Assembly: GCF_964355755.1 (NCBI RefSeq) | Contig: NC_092673.1 | Location: forward strand, 1,488,001 to 1,552,000 | DNA from: Antedon mediterranea | Taxonomy: Eukaryota; Animalia; Echinodermata | DNA: 64,000 nucleotides | Direction: 5' to 3' | Part shown: one piece after another, positions 19,601 to 32,745 of the stretch | Layout of the letters: every line of letters begins with the position of its first letter | Position numbering within the stretch: the first letter of the stretch is position 1 | Notes under the pieces: model-generated | Database searches by the model: none | The model's input: the letters and a program-made list of their open reading frames with translations, nothing else | What the model was told of the DNA's origin: nothing | Program-made: the position numbers and the translations under genes

Positions 19601-22600
19601 CATATTTATTAAATATTGCACTTTCATTTAGTAGCCTGCACATCAGTGAACATAATTTGATTTTTGGGGATTTTTTTTTTTATTAGTTGGTTAGCCATAC
19701 TAACATAATAATAATAATCAATACTACAGTAGAATCATTTATTTTATCATTTCTGTACATTTGCACATGTAGTTCACCTTATGTTAGCATGTCTTCTGTC
19801 AATATGTAAATATTAAAACTGCACATATTTTATCATTTATAATATGAGGAAAATAGACCTTTAAATTACAGGATGACTCCCCCCCCCCCCCCCTCCCAAA
19901 AAGAAAAAAAAGAAAGAACCAACTGAATTTATACACAATTAAAAAAAGGATCTGAAAGTGATTGATGATGGTTAATATACTTATTTTGCTTGTATCATTT
20001 TGTGCTCCTTTCTCTTATTGATGCATACTGTATCTGAATAATCATAGTGTCAATGTAAATATCATGTTAATTTATGCAGTTAAAGATAACATTTTAATTG
20101 TACATTTTAGCGCAACGCTAACGATCCATCCAGATTCTTCAGTCGCGGATGTAACTTACTGCAAGAAGAGAAGACGCGGAAGAAAATCAACAAAGAACTA
20201 CCGAAGGTAACTTTTTTTTATTACGTATAAAAGACATCTCCTTATGGTCACTCACCCAAAAGCATGTTTATCCTTCCTATCAATTTGATACCTCTTTGCA
20301 ATTCCATAAGCAGACATAAATATTGGGTGTTTTTTTTGTGTATAATTTACCTCCTGGGATATTCAATAACAACAGTAGCATAACACCTAATGCTATGTAA
20401 TAGCGTGTATGTGTAATACAATGAGGTATGATTTCAAGTCCTAGCACCCAATGGGCATTTTTGGGTCAATTTCAGAGTGTAAAAGTTACATCATATGCTA
20501 GTTTGTTTTTCTTTAAATATTCTAAACAAAATTTATTTTACCAATGGAAATAAACTACTAAGCTATTTGAGCTATCTTGGAAAATCTTTTATAAATGTAT
20601 GTCTTTTGTAATTTGTATTTTTGTCAGTAGTTAATGTTATCATTTTTTATTAAAATGATTATCTAAATAAATTTAAATCAAATAAAAAATGCCTGTTTAT
20701 TTTGTTCAGCTCGAGCAAAAACTATCTGAAAGAATAGCTCGCTATGAGGAAGAGAAAGACAAGGCATTCCTAGTGGATGGGTGCAGGTTTATGGACTACG
20801 TTCAAGCTCAATGGGTCGCACACGAGCAGGAAAAGTTGATCCAAAAAGAAATGAGGGTGAATATGAATACTACTACATTCTGCTATTGTAAAAAAAAAAA
20901 TGTTAAGCTTTATCTACACTATCAAACTAGTTTGATGTGCCCAAATATGGTAGTGATATGACATCATCATATCAATATATGGTCACATCAAATTTTTTTG
21001 CCACATAAAGTTTGATAGTGTAAACAGAGCTTTAGGCAGTTAGCAATAAATTGTTTTATTCTACAGATGAAGAATAAGCAGAAACAGACTCAAGAAGAGA
21101 TGACATTTGGCAGCAAGCCAAGCACACCGTCAGCAAAACGACGCTTCATGGGTACTCCAAACAAAACGCCCAGCAAGAAATTAAGAGGGGTATGTAACAC
21201 TTTGCTGCATAATGTATAGATAGAAAACTATACATTGTAAGGTCAATAATTTTCGTCTTCGGTAAAATAACAATATTAAAAATGATAATGTTATATTCAT
21301 ATTACTGAGGATGATTGGCATGATGAATAATTCACCCAGATGATGAACTAAAGCTCTGTCTACACTATCAAACTTTATTTGATGAAAAAATGTGATGTGC
21401 CCGTATATGGACATAATGATGTAATATTACTACCATATTTGGGAATATCACTGCTGTATTTGGGCACATCGCACTTTTTTTGTCAAACTGGTTTGATAAT
21501 GTAGACAGAGCTTATGTATTTTATTTAGAGGTTTTAATAAATAGTTTAAACACACACTGTTCATGGAAGTGGTCATAATATTACACATACGATGTTGATA
21601 CTCCAATTGTTTTAATTTTTCATATGTTTATATTCATTGTACAGATGAATGGAACTGTAGCCCCATCACCAAAGTCGTTTGTCTCATCAACATTAATGCC
21701 ATCGCCCTCTCCTCTTAGACGCCCCCCAAGAGGCAACACCACAAGTAACACTAAGGTAAAATAGAAATGTAAAAACGGTTGATAACTTAATTTGTACGTA
21801 TTGCTTCTGAAAAATAAGTATATTTATTGTTTCATATTTTTTACCAGCACGTACGAACTTTCATTCAAATATATTATCATTTATAACTTGTTAACAATAT
21901 TTTGACAATGTTAAGTGGTTTGTCTACCTAGGTCAGCAATTTCACCTAGGGTTATATAATCTAGGCGATCAGTAAAAGGCTTTTTTTTTTTAAACTTATG
22001 TAGCTCTTTAATTTGAAATAAAAAATATAATTCATAAATAATTTGTAAGATTTTTAGATTATTGTGACTCTTTTAGCCTATTACTGTGCATTGGTTATTG
22101 TACTTTTTGATTTATAAATGTGTGTATAGGGAGTTAGAAATAAAACTAGCCAGTCAGGACATAAGTCTACAGTGCATATACCATTTCCATCTCCTGGCAC
22201 AAGGTCTTCTAGGTACGGCCAGTCTGCTACTACTGTGAGTATTAGTTTAGGATTAAATTACACATATTAGATTAGGGTTTACGTTTTTGTTATTTAGTAT
22301 TTGGTTATGGTTTTATTTATAGTATGATAATATGGTTTAGTTACAAGATTAGATTATGGTTAGTGTACTAGTAATCCCTTCCTTTGGGACATCCGTTTTT
22401 AGGTAACAACCCTATTAAGGGGAAACTTAGCAGAAAGATACTTTTCAATACTATGGCCAACGCCATTGACAATATTTGCATTTTAAAGCTTGCATTGGTA
22501 AGTTGGCTTCATCACCAATTGATCTCGGCCGTTGTTGTGTTCCAAAGGTGTCCTCTTAATAGAGGTTTACTGTACCAGATTACTAAAGTAGTATCAGTTA

Positions 22601-24432
22601 GTAGTACTGAAAACAATACTTAAGTTTGGTTCCCATTTGGACACAACACAAGGACTAAACGCAACATGAATGATCGTCCAAACTGTTGGTTTTGATTATT
22701 ATTATTAATAAATAAAAATCAACTCACTTAAGTCGCGCCTCGGTCGTTGCGTTGGGTCCAAGTGGCAACCAAGCTTTTATGTCAAAGAAAAAAATTGTAC
22801 TTTAATAAATTTACGATGAGTATTTGATACGTAATAAAAACTTTATGCACTTTGACAAAGGAAAGTTTATCTATTTCATAGGTTGTAACAATAGTGTTGT
22901 ACTTTTTTACAGACACCAAATAGGTTACGTAATCCAGCTCGTGTTCAGCGCCGTGCGCTGATGGATAAGAACACGCAGGATACAGTGCTAAGTGCAACCA
23001 CTTTGAGTGGTGGCAGCATCCATGCTCATGCTAATCTATCTATCGCATCAACGTGTTCATCTTATTCTGATTTCACAGTAAGTTACTTGCTTCCACTGCT
23101 CTATGATTGCAAGTTATTAAGCTCTGTCTACACTATCAGACTTTATGTGACAAAAAAATTGTGATGTGCCCATATATAGACAGGATGATGTCATATCACC
23201 CATATTTGGGCATATCACTACAATATTTAGACACATCACACTTTTTTTTGTCAAACTAGTTTGATAGTGTAGACAGAGTAGAGCGGTACGTCGCTTAATT
23301 TGCTGCAATTGATTTCTATATTGGGAGGACACTGCCTGTACTAATTTCAAATTTACATAATTCTGTGTTGTTTGTTTTTTATTAAAATCTAAATTGTGTT
23401 TTTTTTTTAAAAAAAACCTTTTACTAACAAATATCTTCTTGGCTTGATTAATGCTTTACAAAAATGTTACATTAAATAATATTTTAAAATGCTTTTTTTT
23501 TAATTATATATAAAACGATTGCTTGTCAATATTCCGTCATGTAGATTCATTCATTCTCGTTGCTCAGTCAAGTCAATCCTATAGTCAATATTTATTGCTT
23601 GCTGTGCATTTACATATTTTGACATGTTTAGCTTACCATATAATAACGCAGTATGCATGCTACATGCCAGCTACGGTTATAACGCATTATATATGCTACA
23701 TGCCACCCACACAGTTATATGCTACAGTGCCAGCTACAGTTTAAATACAATGCTCTTTTCATAATATGCTGTAATTGCACGCCATATATTTTTTGTATAA
23801 ATTATCCTTAACGCTACTAATAAATTTGCAGATTATGATTTGGTGTATTTTTGGTGGAAGCTTTAAAATAACAATTTAAATTGCGAGGAAACTTTGGGTT
23901 GCAGGTATAAAACTTTTAACCTCTGTAATTAAATTACACTATTCAATTCTGGTTCCAGTGTACACGTGTGGACTTAATGAATATTCATTCTTATATAGCG
24001 CTTATTGATGCTTCTAAGCGCTTCACATTATTACACGGACATACTCCCATAATGCAGCTAGTAATCTGCGCAAAGCTTTGTCTTATAATGTCATGAATGT
24101 GTAAAGCTCTGTCTAAACAAAAAGCGGCGTGATGTTCCCAAATACGGCAGTGATATTCCGAAATATAGTAGTGATATGACATCATCATGTCCATATATTG
24201 CACATCACAACGTTTGATAGTGTAGACAAGGTAAACTGATTGGTGATAAAATTGTGGTCAACTTAATTGTTTAATTATTGGCTTTTGCTAAAAAGAAGTC
24301 CATAATGTAGCTTCTTTTTTCTTCACTACCCAACAGCGTGGCTTAAAAGAAGGCAATAAACCGTATGCTAACAGTAGCATCATCACCAGTCCCGCTAAAT
24401 TGAAAATTTCTACAAAAACATTGAATGTGTAA
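13644..24432 (+). CDS. PRC1: Protein regulator of cytokinesis 1 (MAP65/Ase1 family), 14 coding exons, about 652 aa
   Basis: Exons 13644-13663, 15890-16145, 16509-16742, 17023-17193, 17514-17663, 18013-18160, 18604-18740, 20111-20206, 20710-20856, 21067-21189, 21645-21755, 22130-22234, 22913-23077 and 24337-24432 are all GT-AG and in frame (1959 nt). Motifs: LTHIWNEIGI, LTSWWNKCFFS, FTEELLELHDLE, DPSRFFSRGCNLLQEEKTRK..LPKLE, EMTFGSKPSTP, SYSDF. Confidence 0.94.
13961..14873. mobile_element. Palindromic MITE with GC-rich repeated TIRs and a 6-bp TSD (CTAGAG), in PRC1 intron 1
   Basis: Left end GGTAACCGATCACTCCGGCCGCGCTTCACTCCGGCCGC, right end GCGGCCGGAGTGAAGCGCGGCCGGAGTGATCTGTATTCGCC. The interior is very AT-rich and CTAGAG flanks both sides. 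Confidence 0.8.
17697..17968. mobile_element. Kolobok-like MITE (TTAA target)
   Basis: TTAA-AGACGCATTGTCCCC ... GGGAGGCAATACATCT-(T)TTAA. A further right end, GGGGACAATGTATCTTTAA, lies at about 24882-24900. Confidence 0.55.
18897..19036. mobile_element. Harbinger-like MITE family B (second copy at 22623-22775)
   Basis: TIR AGCTTGGTT(G/C)CCAC(C/T)TGGAC...GTGG(G/C)AACCAAGC in both copies. Confidence 0.65.
20906..21031. mobile_element. Harbinger-like MITE family A (AGCTCTGTCTACACTATCAAAC TIR), TSD TTA
   Basis: TTA|AGCTTTATCTACACTATCAAAC...GTTTGATAGTGTAAACAGAGCT|TTA. Confidence 0.8.
21352..21512. mobile_element. Harbinger-like MITE family A
   Basis: TAA|AGCTCTGTCTACACTATCAAAC...GTTTGATAATGTAGACAGAGCT. 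Confidence 0.8.
23120..23279. mobile_element. Harbinger-like MITE family A
   Basis: Same TIRs and internal CATATTTGGGCATATCACTA repeats. More degraded copies lie at 18316-18410 and 24105-24230. Confidence 0.8.
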
Positions 24433-25594
24433 TGCCAAATTCAAAGCAGTAGTGGTGGCGGATTCATGTTATTTGGTAGGATTTGTTTACACTTTTGTTG
24501 TTTTCTTTGTCGTCTTTTGTTACTGGGCCATTTGATCCTGAATCAACAAAATAAATGTATTGTAACTTTGTCTTGTCTTATTTATACAGGACCATATTTT
24601 AGATAAATATGACCAATTGTTATAAATATGTAAAATCATGAAAAGCAAAAATGTATAAAATCAGATTTTGAATAGGCCATTTTGCTTTTATTTTTAGTTT
24701 TAATGTTTCGGTAGACAAAAAAAAATTGGACAAAAATATGTTTTCATGTCATGAAAAGACAAAATAAACCAACTGTCTGACACTGACAGACAATTTTACT
24801 ATTTTATTATTTAAATTGAATAATTATTGTGTGACATTAAAGTGACATATTCAACAAAATTTCCAAAAACTACTTTTTCAGGGGGACAATGTATCTTTAA
24901 ATTATGACAATCAAAATAACCTTGGATATGTCAATACTGAAACTTGTTTATTTATAACATGCATACAATATCTTGAATAGCAAACAATATATTGTGATTT
25001 AAATTTGTTGATTTGGTATAGAATATGGCACAAATTACAATCATCTAACAACAATCCTGTCTACATTCACTGTTATTTTTGTTTTAAAATTTCACTAGTT
25101 TTGTTTAGTTGTTGTGTATGTGTCTTATCATTCTAACCATTTGCTACTAATAATTTACTAACCAACTGACATTGCACTCATGCGTGACTGACCTGGAACG
25201 TTCATGCAGGGAGCTGATTCATCAACTGTATCATAGACACACAGATTCAATATACTCGACCACACTGTATACATATAATTTTTTGATAATAATGCTACTT
25301 ATTTTCCAACTGCGAGGAAACAAAAATTTGTTTTTCACTAAAGTTTTTTCACTAGGAAAACTATTTAATATATGAAAATTGTATGCATTTTTATAAAACA
25401 AATTTGAGATAATAGAAAACACTATATAGTATAACAATTATCTCAATTCATTACATTGAGTCTGTGTTCATATATGTACTGTGGTTTGATATAATTAGGT
25501 ATTGATTTTTAGTGTTTCAACTATAAGATTAAAGCCTATGATAATAGTACCTTTGCCACTCATTTCAGTGTCTGTTCCCTAGTACAGTACAATC

Positions 25595-27280
25595 AAATCA
25601 TATAATGCCATTGTTCAGTGGCTTTACTATTGTAACATTTTAGCCTATTATAACATTATTGTTTAGTGGCTTCACACCATACACCTATTGTAACATTACA
25701 TTTTAGCATATTAGTTAGTGGCTTCACACTACACACCTATTGTAACATTACATTTTAGCCTATGACATTGTTTAGTGGCTTCACACCATACACCTATTAT
25801 AACATTACATTTTAGCCTATGACATTGTTTAGTGGCTTCACACCATACACCTATTATAACATTACATTTTAGCCTATGACATTGTTTAGTGGCTTCACAC
25901 CATACACCTATTATAACATTACATTTTAGCCTATGACATTGTTTAGTGGCCTCACACCATACACCTATTATAACATTACATTTTAGCCTATAACATTGTT
26001 TAGTGGCTTCACACCATACACCTATTATAACATTACATTTTAGCCTATGACATTGTTTAGTGGCTTCACACCATACACCTATTGTAACATTACATTTTAG
26101 CCTATAAATAACATTGTTTAGTGGCTTCACACCATACACCTATTGTAACATTACATTTTAGCCTATAACATTGTTTAGTGGCTTCACACCATACACCTAT
26201 TGTAACATTACATTTTAGCCTATAACATTGTTTAGTGGCTTCACACCATACACCTATTATAACATTACATTTTAGCCTATGACATTGTTTAGTGGCCTCA
26301 CACCATACACCTATTATAACATTACATTTTAGCCTATGACATTGTTTAGTGGCTTCACACCATACACCTATTATAACATTACATTTTAGCCTATAACATT
26401 GCTTAGTGGCTTCACACCATACACCTATTGTAACATTACATTTTAGCCTATAAATAACATTGTTTAGTGGCTTCACACCATACACCTATTGTAACATTAC
26501 ATTTTAGCCTATAAATAACATTGTTTAGTGGCTTCACACCATACACCTATTATAACATTACATTTTAGCCTATAAATAACATTGTTTAGTGGCTTCACAC
26601 CATACACCTATTGTAACATTACATTTTAGCCTATAACATTGTTTAGTGGCTTCACACCATACACCTATTATAACATTACATTTTAGCCTATAACATTGTT
26701 TAGTGGCTTCACACCATACACCTATTGCAACATTACATTTTAGCCTATAACATTGTTTAGTGGCTTCACACCATACACCTATTATAACATTACATTTTAG
26801 CCTATAACATTGTTTAGTGGCTTCACACCATACACCTATTGCAACATTACATTTTAGCCTATAACATTGTTTAGTGGCTTCACACCATACACCTATTGTA
26901 ACATTACATTTTAGCCTATAACATTGTTTAGTGGCTTCACACCATACACCTATTATAACATTACATTTTAGCCTATAACATTGCTTAGTGGCTTCACACC
27001 ATACACCTATTGTAACATTACATTTTAGCCTATAACATTGTTTAGTGGCTTCACACCATACACCTATTGTAACATTACATTTTAGCCTATAACATTGTTT
27101 AGTGGCTTCACACCATACACCTATTGTAACATTACATTTTAGCCTATAACATTGTTTAGTGGCTTCACACTACACACCTATTATAACATCACATTTTAGC
27201 CTATATAGCCTATACCATTGTTGAGTGGCTACACACCATGTACATCTATTGTAACATATTTTCGCCTATAACATTTTTTA
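25595..27280. repeat. 57-bp minisatellite (with 61-bp variants), roughly 28-29 copies
   Basis: Unit CCTATRACATTGTTTAGTGGCTTCACACCATACACCTATTRTAACATTACATTTTAG, with degenerate copies at both edges. Confidence 0.95.
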
Positions 27281-27901
27281 GCGACTTCTTTCTAATTGTA
27301 TTAAGCATCAGCTTACTGGTTGCTTTCTATAAGTTCAATGGACTGGCTGCCATTTCCTTTTATTCAGAGTCTTGTGACACAAGCAATAACGTCTTATCCT
27401 GTTTAAACAGTATTGTTTCCTATTGAAACCGATTCACAAACTAATTTTGCAATTTTCTAAAACCGTTTTGAAGTATAGTATTTAACGGTTGTTGTTTACA
27501 ATAAATAATCATTGGTTGGTTAAATCGCTTAAATGCTATATGTTCAATGAATGATAAGTTCAAATTTGTAATGCCATTCCAAATTTAATTTAATTTTTTT
27601 TCATCAAAATTTGAATGAATCTAATAGATATACAGAATTTATCTATTTTGTTTTGTTTGAATTAGCCAGCAAAGATCACATTAATCCGATGATTGCGGTC
27701 GCATGGAATTATGTAAAATATTAATAATTGTATACATGAATTGATTAATTATTAATAAATTTGAATGACATGTTGTGTTTATATTTTTATATTCATTCAA
27801 ACCAATCTAATCATAATATCATTTCCATTTATCAATGCTTTTAAATTAAAAATCTCACTAAGATCAGATTGCCCATATCTTAATGTTTGAAGCTTTATAA
27901 A

Positions 27902-28125
27902 TTGCATTTAATATTCATATTCACTTTTTGTCAGTCTATGCATTCGTTATTATATTTAACTCAAGTATTTAATCATACTCATTGAAAATAGATGGCACTT
28001 GAAAGTTGTACAGTACATAGGATTCTGTTGCATTTAATATTCATGTTTACTTTTTGTCAGTCTATGCATCCGTTCTTATATTTAACTTAAGTATTTAATC
28101 ATACTCATTGAAAATAGATGACATT
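27902..28125. repeat. Local tandem duplication, period about 126 bp
   Basis: TTGCATTTAATATTCAT...GAAAATAGATG occurs at 27902 and 28028. Confidence 0.8.
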
Positions 28126-29135
28126 GTCTTCAACTTTGCACTTTAAGCCATGTAAAAGTTGTACAATCCACAGTGTTCTGTTACATATTGTATTCATTTT
28201 TTAACATGCATGTTTCAAGAATGTAGATTTTTAACTTTATGATTTTTGACACATTTTAAAGCTGTGTTTTGTTACTGTATACATCATATCAACCAACATT
28301 TCTTTGTATTTTCACAACACAAGTTTGTTGTACTGTATCTTTTTTTTTTGTCTCTCTGACAATTTTATTTTCGATATCTTTGAATTTGGACAGCAAGCTT
28401 TTTGAATGTTTCAAAAAGTAAATAAAAACAAATATTTGAATTTTTCTTTTTACAGAGGGCGTTGAATTCCACAAAAACTTTGAATAAACGTAGCAGTGCG
28501 ATACCACAGAGTCCATCGAATCAAAACCGGTACTACAGTCGTGTTGCTTATATATAGAAAAGCGGTTATCGTCAATTATGTGGTGGTAGGCGTCAAAATA
28601 TATTTAAGTGTACTACTTGATCATTGTTGGATTCTTCCCATCTTTCAATTCCACAAAGAATTTTTTTAGAGACAACATTTTTTACAATATTGATTGAATT
28701 ACCCTAATAATTAGATCAAATTAACCTTTTACATTTTTTAATCGATACTACAGATTTGTTTAACTTTCTGTATTGTGCACGTAGATATAAAAACTAGTAA
28801 ATAACGTTAGTGCTGGTATTTTGGTGTGATTTTATTTTGGTACAAGGTATTGATAATGTGGTAATAGATTTTATTGAATATAAAGAGAAGTGGTTTAGAG
28901 GTCATCAGTGGTGGTCATAGTTTAAAGGTCACTGTTTGTCTACTTAGTAATGTGACTAATATTTTAACTTTTACAATGATGCTTTCAAAATATTATAGTA
29001 TGAGGGTTCTTTTTAATGTGTATGTCGACACCCTTGGGTGTGATCAAATGCCCCTCCCATTTCCAAATGCAAAACAATATTGGGGTATACAGTACAGTGC
29101 ACTACATTTTGATGGTCAGACCTGGGTCTTCCTTT

Positions 29136-29273
29136 AGTCTCTGTCCACACTATCAAACTATGTGACAACAAAATTGAATGTGCCCATATATAGACATGAT
29201 GATGTCATCACTACCGTATTTGGGCTCATCACAACTTTTTTTGTATAATAAGTTTGATAGTGTAGACAGAGCT
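29136..29273. mobile_element. Harbinger-like MITE family A
   Basis: AGTCTCTGTCCACACTATCAAAC...GTTTGATAGTGTAGACAGAGCT|TTA. Confidence 0.75.
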
Positions 29274-31578
29274 TTAGCCTAGAGATTGCTGCTTTGTCAA
29301 AATAGTTTTTATTATTTTATGGTGGTGTTATGTTTTTCTGCACTGACTGTTACAAACAATCTTGCCTTTGTTTTTTTTTATAAGTTGAATTATGTAGTAT
29401 CATCTGCACACTAGTCCTTAGTTTAGTTTAATGTTATCATTCACTGTGCAGATTTTTTGTTTGATTATCAATCTGAAATAAACCTGAATTGGCATTTTAG
29501 TTGTTTTTGTTCTCATGAAAAGAGTACTGTACTATCTGTTTTATCAGAGGCTCTACAGTTTTGAATTTTCCAAAGAGATTACCTTTGCCACCAGCTCTCC
29601 CAAGACACATAGGCTTAAATTTTCCCTATTTTTTTCAATCATTAGTTGGCTATCTATCATACCAGTGTTGGCTGGTTTTAGGAGAGTTAAATTGAAAATG
29701 TACTCTGATAAATTATCATTTTAGTATTGTATTTTGTAAATATTTCTATATAGATTTAAAAATTACTAATATACAATTGGTAGATTATGCAATGTTTGTT
29801 GTTAGGCAATGAAAACTTGGTGTGTACATTTTTTAAATCTTCAACAATCAACAAATGAATCCAAGTAGATGTATGTAGTTGCCAGTACATGCTTAGTATT
29901 ATCTTATTGATTTGTTTCCATGTAAATATTTGTATGTTTCATTTAAGATCAATAAAACACTGTAATATAGCTACTGAATGTGTTATTGTGTCTGTCCTTA
30001 TGACTATATTATAATTAGTATATTAAGAAGTGCGGTTAGATTACCTCGGGCTTCCTCGATTAAATCTACCTTCAAAAGTTTAAACAAACATTTTTAAAAT
30101 AAATACGGGCCAGATAGAGCATAGTGTCACATATTACTCGGACCAGGGGCATTTTTCCCAAAATAACATGGACCTTAAGAACATTCAATAAACTTGTGTT
30201 TATTTAAATTTTTAGTAGTGTGCCGTATTTTGGCATGTGGGACACCAGAGTGTTGAAAACCCATGATTTGAACAAATTTCCTTTTTCCTGTAAAAGCGAT
30301 CGATAACAACAAAAATCGGGCATAAAGAAAAAAAATTACCCCACCCCATATCGTACAATCTGAATATATTCCTCCAACTCATATTAAATCATATTTTTGT
30401 GCTGTCAAGAATGTTATGTTATGTAACTGAAGGGACTGGGTGTATAATTATAGTAAAACAGCATTGTGGTAGTTGGCATATGATTTGTTAGGTAAATTTT
30501 ATTAAGTGGGTATTTTTCTGCTGGTAAGAAAATACAGTAATACTGATTCCATCCATAAAACTGTTTTACTTGGCAAAATGTTTGCGAAAAAGGAAATATT
30601 GATATATTGGTGATGACTTTTCAACATTATCTTTCATCATTTTACTTTTAATATGCAGGGAAAGATCTAAGCAGGCGCACGCTCTCCCGTTTGACAGCTA
30701 AAATGAAAATATGACTGTTTTGATATTTATTTTCGATAGACTATTAATATGATAACCTACGTTTTACCACAAAATACTACTAAATAGTGAATGAACTATT
30801 GTAGAATTTCTGGACATTGTGACATTTCATTCTCAAACTAATATATTTAATTAAAATATATTTTTAGAAAGTATGTAATGACCATTTGGAAAGTTTGTTT
30901 TATTTTTAGAAAGTTATCGTATTCACAACACATCACAACCAAATAGTTGTGGATTTTCCCAGACAAGTCGCATGACACTGGCGTAACAATTATCTTTGTG
31001 ACGTATAGCCATTGTTGTTTGTTAACAGGTGATTTAAGCTGGTTTTTATTCTTTCTCAATTTGCTTCCGCCAGTATACACCAACAATGTAACAGATGGCA
31101 ATTCTTATTCAAATTTCCTGGTGTGATGTCATAGCACATACCATTATGATTTTAGGGGTGATAATACTCATTGTGCAAATGAATATCAGGTACTGTATAA
31201 CCAATACAATTATGACAGTAACTTTAACAGTGATAGTCACCAGTGTAGTAGTGTAATTTATGATAAAATTGTTATCACACATTGTTTGAGAATATGATAC
31301 TAATATGATTAGGGCTAATTTTAGAACTTTGTAATGTTTACTTTATGAATATTTGAATACTGCTATCACATTGGGTTCATAATCAAATCCATTTCCACTG
31401 GCTTATATTATTTTCATATAAATACAATTTTCGGGTCAACCAATGTACATTTATCCTATAAATCTTATAAAGCAGAAATAACTACCGTATGATCAAATTG
31501 TAATACTGTATTGCAAGAAAAAGGTTTGGATTGTATTGTGTATGAAAAGGGAAAAAATGTCTGATATAGGAAAGTTGG

Positions 31579-31725
31579 AGTCTGATGAATGGCCTATTCA
31601 GACAGACAGATTTGTGACAAGGGCAGGCGCAGCAGTCTGATGAATGGCCTATTCAGACAGACAGATTTGTGACAAGGGCAGGCGCAGCAGTCTGATGAAT
31701 GGCCTATTCAGACAGACAGATTTGT
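31579..31725. repeat. 55-bp tandem repeat, about 2.7 copies
   Basis: AGTCTGATGAATGGCCTATTCAGACAGACAGATTTGT... starts at 31579, 31634 and 31689. Confidence 0.9.
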
Positions 31726-31759
31726 AATGCAGCATACAGTCGTAGGACATGACATAAAC

Positions 31760-31927
31760 CAGAGGGAGCATTTAGAGCAGGGGCCCAGGGCCTAAAAATG
31801 ACGGAAACACTTCATTTTGACATTGGGAACTTTAAATATTTGTAATGACAAATTGCAATGGAGTCTGTTTTAAAAAATCTCTGGGTCTAAGTATTACACC
31901 CATCCCTTCTTCCTAAATATATCACTG
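31760..31927. mobile_element. Degenerate hAT-like MITE
   Basis: CAGAGGGAGCATTTAG...CTAAATATATCACTG, with an imperfect 8-bp TSD ACATAAAC/TTATAAAC. Confidence 0.45.
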
Positions 31928-32182
31928 TTATAAACAGGATCAATTATTAGTACAATGAATGCACTGGCAATACAGACATTATTATTTTAAATGTATATGA
32001 ACTGGATATGATATTGTTAATTGAGGGGCGGGCATCATAGAGTAATTATTCATCTCCTTATAGATGGAGAGTTAAACAGGGCAACTTAATGGGGAAAAAG
32101 TGAAACAAACAATTATGCTTTTCAAATCTCTTAAGTTCATTTGTGGCCCTAAAGAGGACCGAAAAAAAAAGTTGAAAGTAGA

Positions 32183-32745
32183 ATAGTTTGGTAGTCTTGT
32201 GGATGACAGGCCTTTATGGTTTGGTAGTCTTGTGGACGATTGACCGGTATTTGTAGTTTGGTAGTCTTGTGGACGATTGACCGGTATTTGCAGTTTGGTA
32301 GTCTTGTGGACGATTGACCGGTATTTGCAGTTTGGTAGTCTTGTTGACGATTGACCGGTATTTGCAGTTTGGTAGTCTTGTGGATAATTGACCAGTATTT
32401 GTAGTTTAGTAGTCTTGTGGTCGATTGACCGGTATTTGTAGTTTGGTAGTCTTGTGGATAATTGACCGGTATTTGTAGTTTGGTAGTCTTGTGGATAATT
32501 GACCGGTATTTGCAGTTTGGTAGTCTTGTGAACAATTGACCGGTATTTGTAGTTTGGTAGTCTTGTGAACAATTGACCGGTATTTGTAGTTTGGTAGTCT
32601 TGTGAACAATTGACCGGTATTTGTAGTTTGGTAGTCTTGTGAATAACTGAGCGGTATTTGTAGTTTGGTAGTCTTGTGGATAATTGACAGGCCTCGGTGG
32701 TTCAGTAGTCGTGTTGTTACGATTCTTAGTTTGGTAGTCTTGAGT
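32183..32745. repeat. 37-bp minisatellite, about 14 copies, downstream of PNRC
   Basis: Unit ATTGACCGGTATTTGYAGTTTGGTAGTCTTGTGGAYR. Confidence 0.93.

Noticed and set aside
25729-26485. Cys-rich repetitive ORFs (RLKCNVIIGVWCEATKQCH)n
   Set aside because: They are a by-product of the 57-bp (19-codon) minisatellite. The 61-bp variants break the frame and there is no credible start or splice structure.
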